DNA from: a virus
Taxonomy: Duplodnaviria; Heunggongvirae; Uroviricota; Caudoviricetes
Length of the DNA stretch: 17,117 bases
Virus record (IMG/VR): IMGVR_UViG_2548876945_000002
Reading direction: 5' to 3' (one strand)
Shown here: piece by piece, positions 8,278 through 13,702 of the stretch
Layout: the number at the start of each line of letters is the position of its first letter
Position numbering within the stretch: the stretch's first letter is position 1
The notes under the pieces: model-generated
The model's database searches: none
What the model was told of the DNA's origin: nothing
What the model saw: only the letters and a program-made list of their open reading frames with translations
Position numbers and translations under genes: made by a program

Positions 8278-9054
8278 TCACCTGTCGAAAAACACGTAGC
8301 CAGTTTTCGATACGGTGATTGCGGATGATGGTTTGGATTGTGGTTGAATGGTTTCTGGCTTTTCGTCGTTCCAGCGCTGACCGTTCAGGTAGCTCGATGG
8401 TAACAACCTGTCGAATCCGAACTGCTTACCATTCCTGCACGCAATGTCTTCTGCCAGCATCGTGGCAAACTCGCTTGCCGTCCCCCTGGTAGTTTTACGC
8501 CATTCCCTGAACTGTGTTCTGAATGCTGAAGCTGCGTTTTTCTTCCCGGCTTTCCGCATGCCTGCACACCAGAATATTTCCTCGAATGCCTTGTCGGTTT
8601 CTTCGTGACGGTCAGGAGTTTTTTCACACTCTGTTCGGACATGTTCGAACATAATGTTTTTAGGTTCATTGACTGGTTCAAAAGAGTGATAGGTTCTGGG
8701 GGCAGCTCCTGCCCCACCCCCTAGGGCAGCTCCTGCCCCACCCCGGGCAGCTCCTGCCCCACCTGATTCTGGTTGGATTTGTTGTGCATTATCCAGCGTC
8801 AGATAAAAAACGTTTGACTGGTTAAGCTCTCCTTTTCTTCTGAATTCCCTTTTCAAAAGCCCCATCTCTTCCAGTGCCCTAATGTGACTTTTTACTGTCG
8901 ATCTGCTCACCTCACACTGGTCAGCGACATGTTGATATGAAGGCCAGCATTCGCCATTATCATTGGCGTTATCGGCAAGTTTAATCAGAACCAGTTTTCT
9001 CAGTGGGTTGCCAACCTTTATATTCATGGCCTTAGCCATAAGATTCATGCTCAT
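8278..9054 (-). CDS. Putative replication initiator / replisome organizer (N-terminal winged-helix HTH, Gly/Ala linker, C-terminal domain), 258 aa
   Basis: Lies immediately upstream of the primase-helicase and downstream of cII, the lambda O position. N-terminal HTH-like segment LVLIKLADNANDNGECWPSYQHVADQCEVSRSTVKSHIRALEEMGLL. Contains in-frame iteron-like DNA repeats. Start overlaps the upstream small ORF as ATGA. The initiator role is inferred from position and architecture. Confidence 0.55.
   Translation of the reverse strand: MSMNLMAKAMNIKVGNPLRKLVLIKLADNANDNGECWPSYQHVADQCEVSRSTVKSHIRALEEMGLLKREFRRKGELNQSNVFYLTLDNAQQIQPESGGAGAARGGAGAALGGGAGAAPRTYHSFEPVNEPKNIMFEHVRTECEKTPDRHEETDKAFEEIFWCAGMRKAGKKNAASAFRTQFREWRKTTRGTASEFATMLAEDIACRNGKQFGFDRLLPSSYLNGQRWNDEKPETIQPQSKPSSAITVSKTGYVFFDR
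8697..8763. repeat. Three tandem iteron-like direct repeats (unit GGCAGCTCCTGCCCCACC, 21-24 bp period) inside the initiator gene; candidate replication origin
   Basis: Copies at 8701-8718, 8725-8742 and 8746-8763, each with an internal dyad GGCAG/CTGCC. They encode the GGAGAA-rich linker. An AT-rich stretch (about 8641-8697) follows in the gene direction, as in ori-lambda within O. Confidence 0.5.
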
Positions 9055-9194
9055 TTTGACTTCTCCGAAGTTTTGTACCTGTTAAGTATTTCTCTCAGTG
9101 GCACAGCTATTGCTGGATTAACCCCCTGATAAAACTGGTCACGTAGCACATCTTTTCGGTGATTAACGCGTTTATTTTCCTGCGTTTTTCGCAT
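9051..9194 (-). CDS. Small basic ORF (47 aa) between cII and the initiator gene
   Basis: MRKTQENKRVNHRKDVLRDQFYQGVNPAIAVPLREILNRYKTSEKSK from the internal ATG at 9194..9192, with GAGGT about 8 nt upstream. Stop overlaps the initiator ATG as ATGA. The longer ORF-track version would overlap the cII 3' end. Confidence 0.35.
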   Translation of the reverse strand: MRKTQENKRVNHRKDVLRDQFYQGVNPAIAVPLREILNRYKTSEKSK

Positions 9195-9216
9195 ATAATT
9201 ACCTCGTTGGATGTTG

Positions 9217-9513
9217 TTAAAATTCCATTTGTATTTGCTCAGAATCCTCGGTGGCAGCCGGGGATTTTTTCTTTGTGAGTCCATCAAGCGCATACTTAAA
9301 AGCCCTGCTAATCGGACTGATATCTGATGCCATTCCGAAAGCACACAAGACCGAAGCAATAAACCGCCAGTCCGTTCTGCTTATCTTCGATTCATGACAG
9401 CCAATCATCTTTGCCAGACCGCGCTGGGTAAGCGTTGACAGGTTGATGAGTAAATCCGTTTCTGCGCGATCAACGTCGCGCTGGGATAGTTTGCTGTAAC
9501 TTGTTTGTGTCAT
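9217..9513 (-). CDS. cII: CII-like transcriptional activator, 98 aa
   Basis: C-terminus LTKKKSPAATEDSEQIQMEF closely matches lambda CII (LTNKKRPAATERSEQIQMEF as recalled). Central HTH-like region. Sits downstream of cro and nutR. Confidence 0.85.
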   Translation of the reverse strand: MTQTSYSKLSQRDVDRAETDLLINLSTLTQRGLAKMIGCHESKISRTDWRFIASVLCAFGMASDISPISRAFKYALDGLTKKKSPAATEDSEQIQMEF

Positions 9514-9598
9514 TTCTTAATATTTCCAATAGTGAATAGTTAGTTGAAAGGTATGCGTGGAAACGCATATGGCCTTAGTTGGTCAGATATCTTGGGGC

Positions 9599-9613
9599 TC
9601 GCTTTGTCAGCGA
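9599..9613 (-). promoter_or_regulatory. Candidate nutR boxB hairpin (UCGCUGACAAAGCGA; 5-bp stem, GACAA loop)
   Basis: Minus-strand RNA forms UCGCU-GACAA-AGCGA between cro and cII. Its core CGCUGACAAAGCG is shared with the nutL candidate at 11770-11784. A boxA-like CGCUAUUUU lies upstream in the transcript. Confidence 0.55.
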
Positions 9614-9651
9614 CGTAGGACGAATGTCCATTGTGAAAATAGCGGTGTTAC

Positions 9652-9879
9652 TTATGCAGCCAGAAGGTTCTTTTTGCTTATTTCAAGCATTTCGCTTGCT
9701 TGATATTTGCCACCAGAAATCTCTTCGATTTTTGATGCGTATTTAGTTTTCCCAAAAAACTCAGTCTTAGGGAGGAAGCCGTTTTTGAGCCACTTATAGA
9801 CAGCCCTTTCGCTAACTCCACAAGCCTTCGCAACTTCAGGGATGCCGACACCTTTAATCGGCTCATCAAGATTTTGCAT
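9652..9879 (-). CDS. cro: Cro-like repressor (small HTH protein), 75 aa
   Basis: Divergently transcribed from cI across a 78-bp operator region. HTH segment GIPEVAKACGVSERAVYKWLKNG. ATG at 9879..9877 with AAGGA 9 nt upstream. Assigned mainly by position. Confidence 0.6.
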   Translation of the reverse strand: MQNLDEPIKGVGIPEVAKACGVSERAVYKWLKNGFLPKTEFFGKTKYASKIEEISGGKYQASEMLEISKKNLLAA

Positions 9880-9965
9880 AGGAATATCCTTTTTCGTACT
9901 TTCAGTACGTATTATGGTTGAACTGAAAGTTTTTGCAAGTGCTTTAGTATCGTACTCATGGTTCA
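9880..9965. promoter_or_regulatory. Right operator/promoter region (OR, pR, pRM) between cro and cI
   Basis: Perfect palindrome CGTACT-ttc-AGTACG at 9895-9909; related inverted element GAACTGAAAGTT at 9920-9931; third related site ATCGTACTCATGGTTC overlapping the cI start. Candidate pR on minus: TTGCAA (9939..9934), 16-nt spacer, CATAAT (9917..9912). Candidate pRM -10 TAGTAT at 9945-9950, 7 nt before the cI ATG. Confidence 0.55.
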
Positions 9966-10665
9966 GAATGAAAAAGTGCGCAAAGAATTCGCCCAGCGGC
10001 TAGCGCAAGCCTGTAAAGAAGCTGGTCTTGATGAACATGGTAGGGGAATGGCTATAGCCCGTGCCCTTTCTCTTTCGTCCAAAGGCGTTAGCAAATGGTT
10101 TAATGCTGAGTCTTTACCGCGTCAGGAAAAAATGAATGCGCTTGCGAAATTTCTAAACGTTGATGTTGTTTGGCTTCAGCACGGCACTTCGTTAAATGGA
10201 GCGAATGATGAAGATACTCTTTCATTTGTTGGCAAATTAAAAAAAGGGTTAGTGCGCGTGGTTGGTGAGGCAATTCTTGGTGTTGATGGTGCCATCGAGA
10301 TGACCGAAGAGCGCGATGGGTGGCTCAAAATTTATAGCGATGATCCAGATGCCTTTGGTCTTCGTGTGAAAGGAGACAGCATGTGGCCCAGAATAAAATC
10401 AGGAGAATATGTACTCATTGAGCCTAACACCAAAGTATTCCCGGGTGATGAGGTGTTTGTCAGAACCGTTGAAGGACACAACATGATTAAGGTTCTTGGC
10501 TATGACAGAGATGGAGAATACCAATTTACAAGCATTAACCAGGACCACAGGCCAATAACGTTGCCTTATCATCAAGTAGCAAAGGTGGAGTATGTGGCTG
10601 GTATTCTGAAGCAATCTCGCCATCTGGATGACATCGAGGCAAGGGAGTGGCTGAAAAGTTCGTGA
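9958..10665 (+). CDS. cI: CI-type repressor (N-terminal HTH, C-terminal LexA-like S24 autopeptidase domain), 235 aa
   Basis: N-terminal HTH (GMAIARALSLSSKGVSKW) and C-terminal S24 motifs (KGDSMWP). ATG at 9958 with no Shine-Dalgarno and a -10 hexamer only 7 nt upstream, suggesting a leaderless transcript as for lambda cI. Confidence 0.85.
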   Translation: MVQNEKVRKEFAQRLAQACKEAGLDEHGRGMAIARALSLSSKGVSKWFNAESLPRQEKMNALAKFLNVDVVWLQHGTSLNGANDEDTLSFVGKLKKGLVRVVGEAILGVDGAIEMTEERDGWLKIYSDDPDAFGLRVKGDSMWPRIKSGEYVLIEPNTKVFPGDEVFVRTVEGHNMIKVLGYDRDGEYQFTSINQDHRPITLPYHQVAKVEYVAGILKQSRHLDDIEAREWLKSS

Positions 10666-10933
10666 CTTCATCGTCACATAGCTGGTAACCAGTGGCCTGA
10701 AGAGACGTTTGGGTGATGTGATAGAGATCATTATTCAATTCGATTGAGAAAAATCATCATAAGGTTTATATCCATTTATTAGATTTTATGTGTATAAATA
10801 GTTAAAAATGCACGATGTAGAGATATTTGTGCTTAACATCAATTAATCATTGCTAAATCGTGCTTATTGTTCAGAAATCGCCCAAGTCATATTGAAAATC
10901 TGTTGGCGAACACCTATATAAGGAGTATAGTTA

Positions 10934-11296
10934 GTGACCCAAAACGTATTGCCAATCAACAAGAGCTTGCATGACCGAGCTGTTGATGAATTTAATCGTC
11001 TGCATGGAACAATGATTGGCGAGATTAGTGCAATGCTGAAAACAGCTAAAGTAGCGCCATTGGTGGATCTTCGTAAGAAAGATCCTACCTTTTCGAACGT
11101 TGTCGCAGAATTACGGACATTCAGAGACGTATGTAATGCTCTGCTCCCATACTTTCGTGTAGATAAGACCAGCGAAATCGCTGTCATCGATAAGTTACTT
11201 ATACTGGCTAATGACCTGGCTCAAGCCATCGATGCTGACGATCCTGACGCATTGTGCGCAGCAATAGCAGCCCTTGATGTTGAGCCTTACATTTAA
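10934..11296 (+). CDS. Hypothetical protein (120 aa) in the cI-to-pL accessory slot
   Basis: GTG start at 10934 with AAGGAG 8 nt upstream. Preceded by about 270 bp of AT-rich non-coding DNA containing promoter-like hexamers. Predicted soluble and helical. I do not recognise the sequence. Confidence 0.6.
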   Translation: MTQNVLPINKSLHDRAVDEFNRLHGTMIGEISAMLKTAKVAPLVDLRKKDPTFSNVVAELRTFRDVCNALLPYFRVDKTSEIAVIDKLLILANDLAQAIDADDPDALCAAIAALDVEPYI

Positions 11297-11311
11297 ACGA
11301 GGGGAAAAAAA

Positions 11312-11440
11312 ATGACTAAAGCGTTTGACTATACTGCCGTTAGTAAGCTTTTGGCTGAAATGCGCGGATGTGTAGAGCGCGTTCAAAATCTACGCCGCGA
11401 CTTTGAAGCTCACATCAATCATTCACAAAAAGCGGCTTGA
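11312..11440 (+). CDS. Small ORF (42 aa) following the 120-aa gene
   Basis: MTKAFDYTAVSKLLAEMRGCVERVQNLRRDFEAHINHSQKAA, found by manual translation. GAGGGG lies 7 nt upstream of the ATG. Followed by an intrinsic terminator. Confidence 0.4.
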   Translation: MTKAFDYTAVSKLLAEMRGCVERVQNLRRDFEAHINHSQKAA

Positions 11441-11461
11441 TACTTAAGTTAGATGACAGAA

Positions 11462-11487
11462 CCCGGCCTCAGCGCCGGGTTTTCTTT
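11462..11487 (+). terminator. Intrinsic terminator closing the cI-side accessory cassette
   Basis: Stem CCCGGC / GCCGGG with a 6-nt loop, followed by TTTTCTTT. Confidence 0.65.
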
Positions 11488-11655
11488 GCCTCACGTTCGC
11501 CCACCTAAAAAACATAACCAATTGTATTTATTGATGTAACTCGCTAAACCATGCAGTTATGATCCCTGCCGCATAACCTTCATCAGCCACATTTTCAAAA
11601 ATAAATTTCCTTATATATCAGAATCATACTTCGTAGAGTTAATAAATCACCAAAA

Positions 11656-11700
11656 TTCGTACCAATAGTTCTTGATAATGTCGAACTATTGGTTCATTAT
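11656..11700 (+). promoter_or_regulatory. Candidate pL promoter with left operator sites
   Basis: TTGATA (11672-11677), 17-nt spacer, CATTAT (11695-11700). A perfect 10-bp inverted repeat CCAATAGTTC / GAACTATTGG (11662-11671 and 11683-11692) overlaps the -35 and spacer. TTCGTACCAATAGTTCT resembles the OR site TTCGTACTTTCAGTACG. Confidence 0.5.
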
Positions 11701-11769
11701 TATCGTCGTCAGCAGGACGCATTACTCACCAGGGCGGTGAATATACAACGATTCGAATATGAATCTACG

Positions 11770-11784
11770 GCGCTGACAAAGCGC
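11770..11784 (+). promoter_or_regulatory. nutL boxB hairpin (GCGCUGACAAAGCGC)
   Basis: Perfect 5-bp stem with GACAA loop, identical to the P22-type boxB as I recall it. Lies about 65 nt downstream of the candidate pL start and 165 nt upstream of N. Confidence 0.65.
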
Positions 11785-11949
11785 AATAACCAAAGTGAAC
11801 TTTGGGGTGTGGTGAAGGGTTCATGGACGGGAATATGTCGCACGTAAAGCGGCGAGGCCTGCGGGACTATTGCCGAATTGAAGTAGGCCGAAACAGGTCG
11901 AAATGGGTCTCCCACCTACCACACCACCAAAGTTCATCAGGAGGTCTAT

Positions 11950-12333
11950 ATGACACGCAGAACTCAGTTCAAAGGCAATTCACGTTCTCGTCGTCGTGAG
12001 CGTTTAAAGGCAAAGGCATTAGCTAACGGCGTACTGGCCCGCGAAGAAGCAATAAGTTCAGAAGTATTACACCGCCCTACTCTAAGCAGAGCGCAGATTC
12101 AGGCTAAAGGTACTCACGAAACGCCTGAGCGCATAGAAGACGCTAAGCCAATTAAGTTCATGGCACAGGACGTGATCTGGCAACAGAAAGAATACAGACG
12201 CAATCTGGAGAGAGCGGCCATTGTGTACGCGAATGAGTTTGGGCATAGGCAACCAGAAACTGGTGTATGTCTTCCAAATGTAGCTCTTTACGCGGCAGGC
12301 TACCGTAAATCCAAACAACTGACAGCAAGATGA
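11950..12333 (+). CDS. N: N-type transcription antiterminator (P22 gp24-like), 127 aa
   Basis: N-terminal arginine-rich motif GNSRSRRRERLKAKA. C-terminus LPNVALYAAGYRKSKQLTAR closely matches the P22 N C-terminus (LPGVALYAAGHRKSKQITAR as recalled). AGGAGG 6 nt upstream of the ATG. First gene after pL and nutL. Confidence 0.8.
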   Translation: MTRRTQFKGNSRSRRRERLKAKALANGVLAREEAISSEVLHRPTLSRAQIQAKGTHETPERIEDAKPIKFMAQDVIWQQKEYRRNLERAAIVYANEFGHRQPETGVCLPNVALYAAGYRKSKQLTAR

Positions 12334-12391
12334 CTTGTGTTGGTCGCCAGAAAATGAAATTAGGCAGCAAACCACTGTATGAGGGGTGAGA

Positions 12392-12523
12392 TATGAGCTA
12401 CCAAATTCAATACAGAAGTTGCGGTAGATGGGTTTGCGGAAACTCTTTCAAAACAAAAGAACAGGCTGAGCAATACGCAAAACAAACAGGTCAGGATTAT
12501 CAAATTGTAAAGACAAGGAGATA
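12392..12523 (+). CDS. Small ORF (43 aa, two Cys in a CxxxxC arrangement)
   Basis: MSYQIQYRSCGRWVCGNSFKTKEQAEQYAKQTGQDYQIVKTRR, found by manual translation. GAGGGG upstream. Its stop lies 2 nt before the next gene, which has its own AAGGAG. Confidence 0.4.
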
Positions 12524-12525
12524 AC

Positions 12526-13383
12526 ATGCCAGGATTTACAAGTAAATTCATACCAAGAAGAGAATTCAAGCATAATCCAGAAAGACTAAATGTTATTTCT
12601 TCCGGTGGTGGGACTCAAAGTAACGCAATAATCTGCTTAGTACATGCTGGCGTTCTTCCAAAGCCTGACATTATCGTTATGTCAGATACAGAACGTGAGG
12701 CAAGTAATGTATTTGAATATCAGAAAAAATATATAGCTCCTATTTGTGAAGATATGGGTGTTGATTACCTGATTGTTCCTAAAAGTAGATTTGCTACCTA
12801 CGACATTGATGGGCCTGATCCAGACGTTCCTCTACCTGGATATTTCACAGAATACGAGGGAAGGGATTCAAAAGGAATGTGCGCTGGAAAGCAACCAGCA
12901 TTTTGTTCTATAAAGTGGAAAACTGAAGTTATTCAGAGATTTTTAAATGAAAGATATGGAGAGAAGTATCTCACAGCAAGAGGAGTGGATAGTTGGATGG
13001 GGATAAGCATTGAAGAGGCTACACGAAGAGCGAAATACCCAACTGGCAAGTGGCAGAGGCGCTATCCACTTATTGAAATGCTAATGACTAAACAGATGGC
13101 AATTCAATGTGTCGAGGATTATGGTCTTCCTACACCACCTGCCTCGCTTTGCTGGATGTGCCCTAACAGAGATGATGATCTGTGGCTTTATATGAAAAAT
13201 AACGTCCCATCTGATTTTGAAAGAGCATGTCAGCATGAAAAAGAGATACAAATGAAGTGGCCTCATTTGTGGCTTACTAAATATGGTGTTCCACTATCTG
13301 AGGCACCACTAACACCTAGTGGTGGTAAAAATGCACAAATGGATCTTATACAATTCTGCGATTCTGGACTGTGCTTCGTTTAA
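12526..13383 (+). CDS. PAPS-reductase-like / PP-loop superfamily protein (DndC-like or NinC-like fold), 285 aa
   Basis: N-terminal VISSGGGTQSNAI resembles a degenerate SGGxDS PP-loop; C-terminal CWMCPNRDDD is a CxxC element. The gene is clearly AT-rich relative to N and recT. Superfamily call is by motif only. Confidence 0.55.
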   Translation: MPGFTSKFIPRREFKHNPERLNVISSGGGTQSNAIICLVHAGVLPKPDIIVMSDTEREASNVFEYQKKYIAPICEDMGVDYLIVPKSRFATYDIDGPDPDVPLPGYFTEYEGRDSKGMCAGKQPAFCSIKWKTEVIQRFLNERYGEKYLTARGVDSWMGISIEEATRRAKYPTGKWQRRYPLIEMLMTKQMAIQCVEDYGLPTPPASLCWMCPNRDDDLWLYMKNNVPSDFERACQHEKEIQMKWPHLWLTKYGVPLSEAPLTPSGGKNAQMDLIQFCDSGLCFV

Positions 13384-13519
13384 GCCGCATAACCCATTAG
13401 AGCAGAAATATTCGCTAATTAAAATTGAAAGAATAATTTCATTTATAAACCAGTTCCCTGAATCTTACCTGTTTTGCGATGGTGATCGGGAAATAGCAGA
13501 GATTAAGTTTGAGGAATGA
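13331..13519 (+). CDS. Possible small ORF (62 aa) overlapping the 3' end of the PAPS-reductase-like gene
   Basis: MHKWILYNSAILDCASFKPHNPLEQKYSLIKIERIISFINQFPESYLFCDGDREIAEIKFEE from an internal ATG. No clear Shine-Dalgarno; very AT-rich. Ends 1 nt before a terminator hairpin. May be spurious. Confidence 0.25.
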   Translation: MHKWILYNSAILDCASFKPHNPLEQKYSLIKIERIISFINQFPESYLFCDGDREIAEIKFEE

Positions 13520-13520
13520 A

Positions 13521-13545
13521 GCCGAATATTCGGCCTTTATTTTTG
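13521..13545 (+). terminator. Intrinsic terminator (tL-type) after the PAPS-reductase-like region
   Basis: Perfect 14-bp palindrome GCCGAATATTCGGC followed by CTTTATTTTTG. Confidence 0.6.
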
Positions 13546-13663
13546 GCATAAACAACAGAATAAACACTGCACTGTGTATTCATTCCAACGAGTGAATACA
13601 CGGAGCAATGTCGCTCGTAACCAAACAGGAGCCGACTTGTTCTGATTATTGGAAATCTTCTTT

Positions 13664-13690
13664 GCCCTCCAATGTGAGGGCAATTTTTTT
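13664..13690 (+). terminator. Intrinsic terminator just upstream of the coiled-coil gene
   Basis: GCCCTC-CAATGT-GAGGGC hairpin followed by AATTTTTTT. It falls inside the ORF-track N-terminal extension of the next gene, so that gene more likely starts at 13703. Confidence 0.65.
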
Positions 13691-13702
13691 GACGGAGGAT
13701 AT

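Noticed and set aside
8385-8717. 110-aa minus-strand ORF inside the initiator gene
   Set aside because: Alternative frame fully embedded in the initiator coding sequence, with no independent support.
8697-8763. Possible CRISPR array (short GC-rich direct repeats)
   Set aside because: Only three copies at 21-24 bp spacing with no spacers between them. They are in frame inside a coding sequence, where they encode a Gly/Ala linker. An iteron/origin interpretation fits better.
10864-11187. 107-aa minus-strand ORF overlapping the 120-aa accessory gene
   Set aside because: No ribosome-binding site and a Ser/Leu-rich antisense-type composition. The plus-strand ORF has a strong AAGGAG and fits the operon direction.
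11802-11999. 65-aa plus-strand ORF overlapping the N start
   Set aside because: It begins at a non-ATG codon inside the structured N leader, is out of frame with N, and has no ribosome-binding site.
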